From Hormiphora californensis (Eukaryota; Animalia; Ctenophora), in contig CM035354.1 of NCBI GenBank assembly GCA_020137815.1, positions 1,798,001 through 1,862,000 on the forward strand: DNA of 64,000 nt, read 5' to 3'. Shown in pieces: positions 35,844 through 46,500 of the stretch. Made by a program: the position numbers and the translations under genes. Below the pieces are notes generated by a model, which did not search any database, was not told the origin of the DNA, and worked only from the letters and a program-made list of their open reading frames with translations. How positions within the stretch are numbered: the stretch's first letter is position 1; each line of letters begins with the position of its first letter.

Positions 35844-36702
35844 CTACAAGCGGCCGTGTGTGGAGGGGCTACCGGTCATTCGGCTACCGGTCATTCGGTT
35901 GAATGCAAACACAGTTACCACACACAAGAGAAACACTGAGAGGTGTACTACCAGAGCTCCACTCTGTGCTGAACTGTTTGGATCCGTTAAAATGGGCCCA
36001 ACTACAGATTCACCGAGCTGTTCACATGACAGCGTTACCTGTCCAACTCCACTGACCCCTCCAACGCTGATAACCCTCTCAATAATGTCATGACGGGTTG
36101 AGAAGGTAAAGTTTCGGCTCTCAAACTCCAGGCCTTCAGCGGGGGCAGTAACTATCAGGGACACCTGGGGTTGTCCCCTGGCTGACGCACCGCAGGGCAA
36201 ACGGGTAAATCCGGACTCCGATAATACTATTAGGAATATAGCCTGAGAGTCGAGGACTGTTATGGACACAGTTGTTCGAGGGTTCATTGTAATGGAAATC
36301 GCAGGTGTAAACCTCACCTGGATTACCCTTAGGAACGGTTACATTGGCCACAAAGAACACGTTATCCACTGATCCACCCCAGTCCAACAACAATTCCTCT
36401 TTGTTACCATAGTAACCATCAAGATCTCGTTCTACCTCCTCCTGGGTAGAAAACACCGAGTGGTAGCTAAGGTAAAAGCCGACTGTGTAATCAATGTCCT
36501 TGATGATTTTGACAGAACTCCCGTCCCCTAAATCCCTATAAAGTGTAAATCCTCGGGAACGTTGTCGAGCACACCGGAAGTTTACTGAGCCATCGACTGC
36601 GGAAATGCGGGCATATGGAGGGGCAATGGCATCGGTTTTTAGGTCAGGGTATTCTTTTGCAAGTGCAAGGGAAGTCAGTTGGAGGATTATTAAGGGAATC
36701 AT
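35844..36702 (-). CDS. Secreted or membrane-anchored protein with two putative Ig-like domains; 1-bp frameshift near 36187
   Basis: Signal peptide; VNFRC...GEVYTC; removing one base gives LRC-SARGQPQVSL...LSC; hydrophobic C-terminus. Confidence 0.55.
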
Positions 36703-36936
36703 GTCATACCTCCCTGCGAAAAGAAAGGGCTATTATTGAGCTCAGATATATGGAAGTAAACAACATTTACTATCATAAGTTAAAACAATATCAAAGATCA
36801 TTATACAAATTCATTGTCTCTTAAAAACATCTCAAAAATGTTAACATAAATGTTGTCTGCGAATATAGATTGCCGGTTGTAGTTGGAACATGACACAGTC
36901 ATAAACCTCTCAGAAAAACTGAAACACTAATTCACA

Positions 36937-38411
36937 CTAAATAGGTTGCCAGTCTGCTGGTGAACTAAAAACACCGCTCACCATCTCCTCTGTAACATCC
37001 TCCAAAGTTGCAGGGTTCCACCGCGGATTATTGTCCTTGTCCACCAACAACGCCCTGACACCCTCCTGAAACTCACCCAAGGCAAAGGTCGGATCCGCAA
37101 TCTGGACCTCCATCCTGAGACACTCCGTGAAGTCGAGGGAGCGAGAGAGGTGTTGAGTTCGGTGGGCAATACAAAGGGCAATCGGTGACATGGTTGAGAG
37201 TGTCTTGTCAGTTGCTGCAGCGAATTCAGTGGCGCTAGCCTGTAATCGGGAGCGGATCTCCAGAACCGATGGTGCGGAGAAACACTTTGAAATCTCCAGC
37301 AGATTGGACTGGAATGTCAGGTCTGGGATATCATCAGGCTGAAAAGACTCCAAACATTCTACTACATTGTGATTCATATGTGGAAGCTACACAACAGACA
37401 AGTCAGCAATGATCTCCAGATACAGTTTAAAGACAAAGGTCGGACAGGGATCAAGGCAGTCGTACCACCAATGACCAAGACAGGATCGAGTGCAAACCAA
37501 ACACTCTATGACGAGTCCTTTGCGGTCATAGGACCAAAGCTATGGAACAGTATCCCAGCAGAGCTCAGCCGCATTGACAAGTTCGAGAGTTTCAAACGGG
37601 CCCTTACGAAGCACTTCAAGGAAATCCCGGATGAACCTCCTGTTCAAGGTTACAGTAGGAGGAACAACAACTCAGTGCTGGACTGGCTGAGAGATAAACC
37701 TGAAGGGTGTTCGCACGAGGCGATGACCCTGTTGCAGCAGAGGATCTGATCTTCTACAGCTTCGAACAACCTAAAGTGACTAAAGTGAGTGAGCTCACCC
37801 TCACTTCCACATGAAAGTATACCCTCCCGGAGTTCGGAAATTCGGTCCGTGAAGTGCGTCACAAAATCCAAATGAAGTGCATCAGCACCCCTGGTTCTGT
37901 TGCCAGTTAGGGCGAGATACATACCAACATCACCGAGCCTGGATAGGAAATACGTGGCACCCGCATCTGGGTAAAATCCAATCTTGGTTTCAGGCATGGC
38001 AAACATAGATCGAGGAGTGCAGACTCTGTATCGGCTGTTACAACACAACCCCATTCCTCCACCCATCACAATACCATCACCAAGGGATATAATCGGTTTA
38101 AGGAACATTTTCAATCGGTGGTGCATCTGATTTTCACGGGCCATGTTTCCTAAATTCACTATATCTCCACCAGCACAGAAAGCCTTACCACCCGCTCCCT
38201 CCATAAGGATAATGTCCACACTTTCATCCTTTTCAATTTCTCCCAACCTCGCTATGATTCTCTCCACCATTTCATGATTGTAAGAGTTCAGGGCTTTCGG
38301 CCGGTTCAGCAATATTGTAGCTACCCGGCCGTGGTGAGCGAATTCTGCCACATGCGATAGAGATCGTGAAGGAGTGGATACGAGACGACGTAATTGTCGA
38401 GTGAGTAACAT
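36937..38411 (-). pseudogene. HIBCH: HIBCH paralogue disrupted by a LINE fragment
   Basis: Near-identical to 38878-39930 but split at 37365-37791. Confidence 0.8.
37365..37791 (+). mobile_element. 5'-truncated CR1/L2-type LINE 3' end
   Basis: Absent from the paralogous copy; encodes an ORF2-type C-terminus SFAVIGPKLWNSIP..SFKRAL..IPDEPP; repeated CTAAAGTGA tail. Confidence 0.85.
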
Positions 38412-38816
38412 AACGCAGCTCTGAAAAAGAGTCAGGCGAATAAAATTGTGCTAGAATTAACATAAAAGGACACATTTCCCACGGTCATAATAGCTCCACC
38501 CCATGGTAAGATGGAGACACCAAATGTGGAGGTTATGAAGATCATTTCGAAATCAATGGGAGGATAAGTATGAACATCATGTCACATTGCTTCCTCCTGC
38601 AGAAAGAAAGGATTATCATTGTGCTCAGATTTGGATAAAATAAACATTTCACTATCATACGTTCATTTAATGTTAAAACAATATCAAAGCTCATTATACA
38701 AATTCATTCTCTCTTAAAAACATATCAAAACGTTAGATAAATGTTGTCTGCGAATATAGATTGCCGGTTGTAGTTGGAACATGACACAGTCATAAACCTC
38801 TAAGAAGAACTGGAGA

Positions 38817-38880
38817 ACACTAATTCACACTATAATTCACACTATAATTCACACTATAATTCACACTATAATTCACACTA
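38817..38880. repeat. 12-bp tandem repeat x5 at the HIBCH stop codon
   Basis: taattcacacta repeated; single copy in the paralogue. Confidence 0.85.
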
Positions 38881-39930
38881 AATAGGTTGCCAGTCTGCTG
38901 GTGCACTAAAAACACCGCTCACCATCTCCTCTGTAACCTCCTCCAAAGTTGCAGGGTTCCACCTTGGATTATTGTCCTTGTCCACCAACAACGCCCTGAC
39001 ACCCTCCTGAAACTCTCCCAAGGCAAAGGTCGGATCCGCAATCTGGACCTCCATCCTGAGACACTCCGTAAAGTCGAGGGAGCGAGAGAGGTGTTGAGTT
39101 CGGTGGGCTATACAAAGGGCAATCGGTGACATGGTTGATACAGTCTTGTCAGTTGCTGCAGCGAATTCAGTGTCGCTAGCCTGTAATCGGGAGCGGATCT
39201 CCAGAACCGATGGTGCAGAGAAACACTTTGAAATCTCCAGCAGATTGGACTGGAATGTCAGCTTCGGGATATCATCATCATCAGGCTGAAAAGACTCCAA
39301 ACATTCCACTAGCTCACCCTCACTTCCACATGCAAGTATACCCTCCCTGAGTTGGGGAATTCGGTCCGTGAAGTGCGTCACAAAATCCAAGTGAAGGGCA
39401 TCAGCACCCCTGGTTCTGTTGCCAGTCAGGGCGAGGTACATACCAACATCACCAAGCCTGGATAGGAAATACGTGGCACCCGCATCTGGGTAAAATCCAA
39501 TCTTGGTTTCAGGCATGGCAAACATAGATCGAGGAGTGCCGACTCTGTATCGGCTGTTACAACACAACCCCATTCCTCCACCCATCACAATACCATCACA
39601 AAGGGAGACAATCGGTTTGGGGAAGGTTTTCACTCGGTGGTGCATCTGATTTTCACGGGCCATGTTTCCTAAATTCACTATATCTCCACCAGCACAGAAA
39701 GCCTTACCACCCGCTCCCTCCATAAGGACAATGTCCACACTTTCATCCTTTTCAATTTCTTCCAACCTCGCTATGACTCTCTCCACCATTTCATGATTGT
39801 AAGAGTTCAGGGCTTTAGGCCGGTTCAGCAATATTGTAGCTACCCGGCCGTGCTGAGAGAATTCTGCCACATGCGATAGAGATCGTGAAGGAGTGGATAC
39901 GAGACGACGAAATTGTCGCGTGAGTAACAT
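38878..39930 (-). CDS. HIBCH: 3-hydroxyisobutyryl-CoA hydrolase paralogue (350 aa)
   Basis: LNRPKALN, AFCAGGDI, GIVMGGG, AMPETKIGFYPDAG, EGVRALLVDKDNNPRW. Confidence 0.92.
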   Translation of the reverse strand: MLLTRQFRRLVSTPSRSLSHVAEFSQHGRVATILLNRPKALNSYNHEMVERVIARLEEIEKDESVDIVLMEGAGGKAFCAGGDIVNLGNMARENQMHHRVKTFPKPIVSLCDGIVMGGGMGLCCNSRYRVGTPRSMFAMPETKIGFYPDAGATYFLSRLGDVGMYLALTGNRTRGADALHLDFVTHFTDRIPQLREGILACGSEGELVECLESFQPDDDDIPKLTFQSNLLEISKCFSAPSVLEIRSRLQASDTEFAAATDKTVSTMSPIALCIAHRTQHLSRSLDFTECLRMEVQIADPTFALGEFQEGVRALLVDKDNNPRWNPATLEEVTEEMVSGVFSAPADWQPI

Positions 39931-40173
39931 AACGCAGCTCTGAAAAAGAGGAAAGCGAATGATATTATGCTAGCATTATACACGTCTTGTTGAACACGTG
40001 TTTTACAAAACTATTAGTAACTTTAGAATGTAAAAACAATAGTTAACCTCGTATATTCATACAGACAACATCAAGAAAAATATATCGCACCTAACTCAAG
40101 AAATAAATTATGATTCCGAACAAAACCTTAAAAAACATCACTCTTCCCAAAATTCCAGTTCACTGGAAAGTGT

Positions 40174-41277
40174 TTATAGTGGTTTCCATTGCTTGCCAGA
40201 AGACTCGAAGTATCGATCTACCATCTCCTGTGTTACTTCCTCCACAGTGCCGGGTTTCCAGGCCGGACTATTGTCTTTGTCAACAAGCAGCGCACGGACA
40301 CCCTCTGTAAACTCTCCACTTCGATAAATTTCCGAAGCTGCAACGAACTCCCGTGCAAAGCACTCCTCGTAAGAGAAATTACCCCCCTCGGAGAGTAATT
40401 TGTGTGTGACAACGAGTGACCGAGGGGACATTCGCCGGAGAGTTTTCAGCAACTTTACAGCAAACTCTGATCCGTCTTCTTCTAATCGGGAGAAGATTTC
40501 AAGAACAGACGGAGCGGAGAAACAGTGCTTGATAAGATCAACCTGGGGTCCGAGGGTAAATGGGCCAGGAATTGGACTCTCGTGGCTCGCTAAAACCTCT
40601 TCAATGGTGTCCTCATCAGATGCCATGATAGCAGATTTTAGAGCAGGCAATTTCTCCATCTCGGTGTAATGGGTGGCTATCCCGAGGTGTTTTAGATCCG
40701 CTCCCTTAATCCGATGTCCAGTTAATCCGAGGAACATTCCATAGGGTTGCTCCAATCTTGACAAAAAATAAGATCCGCCAACATCGGGGAAATAACCAAT
40801 AGCGGTTTCTGGCATTGCATAAAGAGTACGCTCCGTTGCCACCCTGTATTTTCCGTGTAGAGACAAACCGACACCACCGCCCATTGTAATACCATGGATA
40901 AGTGAGACGTATGGTTTAGAGTAGGTCCCAATCATATAATTCATCTGGAATTCATCGTGGAAAAATGTCAGGGCAGCAGAGTCGTCTGCCGCCGATGTCG
41001 TTATTGATACAACGTCGCCACCAGCACAGAAAGATTTCGCGCCCGATCCCTCTACGCACACAACGCCGACACTCGGATCAGCATGCCAGGTCATCAGGTT
41101 GTCCCTTATTTGGTGAACCATATTTAAGTTAATAGCATTTAGAGCTTTTGGACGGTCCAGGGTAATCAATCCGACCTTTCCTTCGCGTGTAAAGTGGACC
41201 TCCTTTGCTGCAGTTGCCATACTTCGCATCGACAGGATGACTGGTTTGGCGAGTTTCGATGTAATTCGACAAGCCAT
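40174..41277 (-). CDS. HIBCH: 3-hydroxyisobutyryl-CoA hydrolase, canonical copy with a mitochondrial-type presequence
   Basis: LDRPKALNA, FFHDEF, GITMGGGVGLS, AMPETAIGYFPDVG; first ATG at 41277. Confidence 0.93.
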   Translation of the reverse strand: MACRITSKLAKPVILSMRSMATAAKEVHFTREGKVGLITLDRPKALNAINLNMVHQIRDNLMTWHADPSVGVVCVEGSGAKSFCAGGDVVSITTSAADDSAALTFFHDEFQMNYMIGTYSKPYVSLIHGITMGGGVGLSLHGKYRVATERTLYAMPETAIGYFPDVGGSYFLSRLEQPYGMFLGLTGHRIKGADLKHLGIATHYTEMEKLPALKSAIMASDEDTIEEVLASHESPIPGPFTLGPQVDLIKHCFSAPSVLEIFSRLEEDGSEFAVKLLKTLRRMSPRSLVVTHKLLSEGGNFSYEECFAREFVAASEIYRSGEFTEGVRALLVDKDNSPAWKPGTVEEVTQEMVDRYFESSGKQWKPL

Positions 41278-41717
41278 ACGATTCTGACAAGCAGATCCCT
41301 GAATTATGTGAATCAATAGTTAACATTAAAGCCTTAGAATAGCGAGAAAGGTGATAAAAAGCATCAGAAAACGGAAAACTTGACGGGTTTTTAAAAATGA
41401 ATTCGATTTTTCGCCTTTTTTGAGCTGCGCTTGCTTGGTTCGAAACGCGCGCACGCGTACCTGGGACCTGCAGCGCATAACATTTTTTGTAAACCTGAGA
41501 TTTCGGTTCCAAGATTTTAAAAATACCCTTTTGGACTTTTTCAACTTTTGGCGTTTTGTTGCTATTTGTCTCTCTGGCCATCGATAGGCCAGAGAGGGTT
41601 CCAGACGTTAAGATCAACAAGATCTCTTCTTTATTTTCTTTTTCTAGTTGAGCACACTCAACGAAACGTCAAAGTTCTTCCCGGAAATTTCCGCGGAAAG
41701 GACTTATTATTCATACA

Positions 41718-41756
41718 TCAAACTTTTCAACACTACTTTAAACAAATTAATTTGAG
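41718..41756 (+). other. Spliced-leader-like sequence at the 5' end of a retroposon, no GT donor
   Basis: TCAAACTTTTCAACACTACTTTAAACAAATTAATTTGAG; identical to the reverse complement of 54948-54986; matches my recollection of the Pleurobrachia SL (needs verification). Confidence 0.75.
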
Positions 41757-41890
41757 ATATGTCCTCAGGATGTTGAGACCGCCCGTAGGGGCAGGCAGAA
41801 GTTATGACGGAGAAACTCAATACCTCTGATGCAGATGCTGATCCACTGGAATGCTGGGGTTTGTCGATGATGGAAAAACTTCGTTGTGCA

Positions 41891-42425
41891 ACCGCGGAAG
41901 AAGCAACTCTTGATCGCAAGTTGAATTTGGTTATATTTGGGCTGCCAGAAACTACGGCAAGGGCTACTGAGCATGAAGTTCAGGATATCTTTGGAGAGCT
42001 CAATGAAAAACCAGTCATATCTTCTACAAAGCGTATTGGCGAAAAGACTGATAACCGACCGAGACCAGTAATTGTTACACTTGAAAGGAGGGAAACTTTG
42101 TTACAACTTCTAAGAAAAGCAAAACAGCTCCGAGATTCAGAGAAATTCTCCTCGGTGTTTCTCTCCCCCGACCTAACACCGGAGGAGCAGCGAGAGCGGA
42201 AAACTCTCGTTGATACAGTGAAAGGACTGAGGCGAGACAATCCGAATGGACGATACTGGGTTAGCAGGGGGGTAATTAAATGTGGCTGACCTGCTACATG
42301 TAATTTGTACTCTAAAGAGACTTCAAAAGGAACCTTATGACTATCAATTTAGCCCACAAAAAGGGGCAGTATATGTTGTATTTTATCCAATGTATACATT
42401 TTAGATTTAATAATAATAATAATAA
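41891..42425 (+). mobile_element. 5'-truncated retrocopy of element A inserted into element A
   Basis: Matches 43009-~43546 except one substitution seen and tail length; TSD TCGTTGTGCA at 41881-41890 and 42426-42435. Confidence 0.9.
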
Positions 42426-43553
42426 TCGTTGTGCAGTAGAGGACGTTTTTTATATCAAGAACGGGCTCAAACAACCAAGTGAACAACAGGTTGATGGAGT
42501 ATTGTCCAAGTTATTGGATTCTAGTTTGTATGATGATCCTGAGCAGTATATTGAGGACGCACTGCCGAAAGACTCCGAAATGAGAAAGTATAATGTTGAT
42601 CGTTTCATGGCTTTCACCGAGAACCTCTCTCGTCATATTTTTCGGATAGTGAGAGAAATAGGACCAGTTATGAAGGAGAAACGTCTGTATGCAACTGCCC
42701 GAATGAAAGAACGCCTGGAACTAGAGGAGTGTAATCAGAAGCTCAAGGAGGTACAAGAAGAGCTTGGCACTTTTAAGGAAGAAATCGACAAACATCGGGT
42801 ATCAAGGATTGAACTGCAAGAGAAGCTGATTGAAGCACAAAATACTTTGATTGAAGTACAAGGTCGAAAACTTAGTTCAGTGTCAGAGTCTGTTCAGAAG
42901 CAATTGCAGGGCTACTCCAAGGTGCTTGTACAGAATTGCTCTGCAGCTATTACACCATCCCGCCTCCAAGCAGCATTGAAGAAAGCGACTGTACCCCATC
43001 CAAGTACAACCGCGGAAGAAGCAACTCTTGATCGCAAGTTGAATTTGGTTATATTTGGGCTGCCAGAAACTACGGCAAGGGCTACTGAGCATGAAGTTCA
43101 GGATATCTTTGGAGAGCTCAATGAAAAACCAGTCATATCTTCTACAAAGCGTATTGGCGAAAAGACTGATAACCGACCGAGACCAGTAATTGTTACACTT
43201 GAAAGGAGGGAAACTTTGTTACAACTTCTAAGAAAAGCAAAACAGCTCCGAGATTCAGAGAAATTCTCCTCGGTGTTTCTCTCCCCCGACCTAACACCGG
43301 AGGAGCAGCGAGAGCGGAAAACTCTCGTTGATACAGTGAAAGGACTGAGGCGAGACAATCCGAATGGACGATACTGGGTTAGCAGGGGGGTAATTAAATG
43401 TGGCTGACCTGCTACATGTAATTTGTACTCTAAAGAGACTTCAAAAGGAACCTTATGACTATCAGTTTAGCCCACAAAAAGGGGCAGTATATGTTGTATT
43501 TTATCCAATGTATACATTTTAGATTTAATAATAATAATAATAATAATCATACA

Positions 43554-46500
43554 CCCAACAAGTTGAGAATCCTCAACAATCACTCACCACCCCGATCACA
43601 TGATCACGCGATCCAAAGCCAAGGCACGTCTCTCACCAGTAGCCCTTCGGCCGTCATCATCCCTACACAGACCGTTCCACCCACAAGCTCACCTCAGATC
43701 GTTTGTCGTATCCCCTGACGACTCTCTATCCTCCGACAGCTCAGGATCGGCTTCAGACGGTGACCATGATTATGCTACTCCCAACACCAGCATCACAAGG
43801 GGAACACCCATTTCAAACTCAACGCCCATAAGCAGATTGATAAATGAGTCGAGGTGGTTTACAGAAGAGAAGTGTGGGCAATGCTATGAAACACTGCCGT
43901 CTTATGAGAATGCCAAATGTGAAGCATGTCATGAACCGTTTCACCAGACCTGTATGACACCGGTTAATCAATCTGAACAAATGGTTCATACACCTGTAGT
44001 GTGGTATTGTACTGCCTGTTTCAACCTAAACAGATTAGTTTGGAAGACTACAGAGCCTTGTAAAGCTAACTGTTGGGGACCGTTGAATGGAGAAGAGCTC
44101 ATCGAGGCTTTCTCTAACATCTCTATGATCAGTCAGGGATGGTCAACCAACCTGTTCAAAGTTCCCTTCGGTCAAGTGGGCCGTTCTTTCATTGATGAAC
44201 TTACCAGACTGGCAGGTCTCTTCAGTGATAGGGAAGACACCAGAGGATGGTCCTTATCTGCTTTGGTTATAGCCCCACTGCTGCTACTCCAGAAGCCGGC
44301 CAGGAAGTCGAAGAATCGGGAGCATGCTCAAGTTCTCAAACGACGCCTAAAACTGTGGCACGATGGAGACTTTGAGGCGTTGGTTCGGGAAGCCAAGGTT
44401 ATCCAGAAACCATTGAAGCACAATGTCCCATCTTCGGAACTCTGCACTAAGAGGTTTGTGGACCTAACCAGAGAGGGGAGAGTTACAGAGGCAACTGCAT
44501 GGTTGAACCCCGAGAGGCATACAACTGGAGTTAAGGACTGCAACGACGAGTCCGTATTGTCTGATCTGCTAGAGAAACACCCAAAGGGTCAGCCTGCCAA
44601 CAGTACCCTGGCGAGACAGGGGCCAACAGATGCAGTATTGGAAGTCACCTTTGACGGTATGAATGGGCAAACGATTTTCTCATGCGGCAAAAGCCTCAAA
44701 GGTAGTGGAGGACCAAGTGGACTAGATGCAACAGGAATACACCGAATCCTTTGCTCCAGGAAATTCAAGAAATCACCCCCAGCACTGTGCACAGCGCTTG
44801 CAAAAGCAGCTCGGACCCTAGCCACAGAGCAGGTTGACTTGAAAGCTTTAGACATTTTCTGTGCAAGTCGCCTCATGCCCCTTGCCAAGCCTGGAGGTGG
44901 TACGCGTCCTATTGGAATAGGAGAGTGTTTCAGACGTGTTATGACCAAGGCCATTATTCGCACCATCAAGTCGGACATCAAGAGTGCGGCTGGAAAGGTT
45001 CAACTAGCTGCAGGTCAGTTAGGAGGTGTGGAGGCAGCGATCCATGCACTGAGTGAGAAGTTTGAATCTGAGGAATGTGAAGGTGTACTGTTGTTGGACG
45101 CCCAGAACGCGTTTAACAATCTCAACCGGAAAATGGCCCTGAAGAACACTACCTTCTACTGTCCGGACCTCTCCACATTTCTGACCAACATCTACGGGAA
45201 GCCAAGGGCACTTTTTGTTGGTGAAAAGCTACTGTGGAGCTCTGAAGGAGCCACACAGGGAGATCCAGCTGCAATGGACTTCTACTCAATTGGCATACTA
45301 AGACTGATCGAGCTTGCGGAGACGCCAGATACAACACAAGTGTGGTATGCAGATGATGCAAACAATGCAGGGAAGCTCACGGGCTTGTTAGAGTGGTTTG
45401 ACAAGGTGACAACCTTTGGCCCTAGTTTCGGATATTTTGTAAACCCTGCAAAGTGCCATCTTATCGTGAAACCTGAACTGCTCGACCATGCAAAGCGGCT
45501 GTTTGGAGATACTGGGGTTCAAATCACTGCTGAAGGTGCTCGTCACCTAGGTGCTTCCATAGGATCTGAGACCTTCAAGCAAACATTTGTTTCTGCTGCA
45601 GTTTCCAAATGGTGCATTGAGCTGGAAAATCTTGTGGCTATTGCCAAAGCCCATCCTCATTTGGCGTACAGCAACTTTGTGAGAAGCTTCCGATTCAAGT
45701 GGGCCTTTCTCCAGCGAACAGTTCCAGACATCAGTGATCTGTTTGATCCGCTTGAACACACCATCCGTTCACAGTTGATTCCATGTCTGGTGGGCCGTCA
45801 AGTGTCCGACCTAGAACGGGAGATACTGGCACTCCCCTCTGGGAAAGGTGGAATGGGTATTGAGAACCCCGTCAAAACCTCTGACAGATCATACAGCAAC
45901 TCCCGAGCATTGACGAAGCCCCTTGTTGATTTGATACTATGCCGTAACGAAGAAGAAATAGAAATGGCTCTAGTGGAGAAGAATGCAAGAGAGGCAAGGA
46001 ACAAGATAGCAAAGGAGAATGAGGACCACCACTCAGACACTCTCAAAGAGTTACTCACTAGAATCACATGCCCAAAGCTAGTGAGATGTCTAGAGCTCGC
46101 TGGAGAGGCCGGAGCATCTGTATGGCTCACGGCAACACCCTACCCTCACCTGGGCTTCGAACTGAATCAATTGGAATTCGTCGACTCAGTGGCACTGCGA
46201 TACGGGTTTGAGGTCAAAGATTTGGGCGCGACATGCGTATGTGGAAAGCCAAACAATGCGGACCATACCTTGTCCTGTTCAACCGGGGGCTATTCCATCC
46301 TCCGTCACGACAACATCAGGGACCTAATGGCGGAGATATGCTCGTATGCGGGCCTCAAAGGTGTGGAAACAGAGAAGCTACTTCTCCCTTGTCCGGACGG
46401 CATACACTTTCACCCTTCGGCAAACACAGCCCCTGATGCAAGGATGGATGTGGTCGCACTTGACATGTGGCGAAAAATGCAGCTGGCTCATATGGATGTG

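Larger units (their letters stand above)
41718..43546 (+). mobile_element. ORF1-only non-autonomous LINE-like retroposon A, SL-capped, with (AAT)n tail
   Basis: TSD TCATACA at 41711-41717 and 43547-43553; reconstructed ORF 41804-41890 + 42436-43407 (352 aa) has a coiled coil and ORF1-type motifs NLVIFGLPE..RIG..RPRPVIV..VFLSPDLT; no RT. Confidence 0.85.

Noticed and set aside
41650-41717. Apparent similarity upstream of the two identical leaders, suggesting a shared SL promoter, and a GTTGAG/CTCAAC-GAAACGTC half-hammerhead
   Set aside because: The similarity is weak and AT-rich, the TSD places this flank outside element A, and the CUGANGA box is missing.
41718-41756. SL RNA gene
   Set aside because: No GT donor follows the leader (AT here, CT at 54947, TG at 53753), and the TSD indicates retroposition.
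42337-42435. N-terminus of the 356-aa ORF
   Set aside because: It is the 3' UTR and AAT tail of the inserted self-copy; the true start is 41804.
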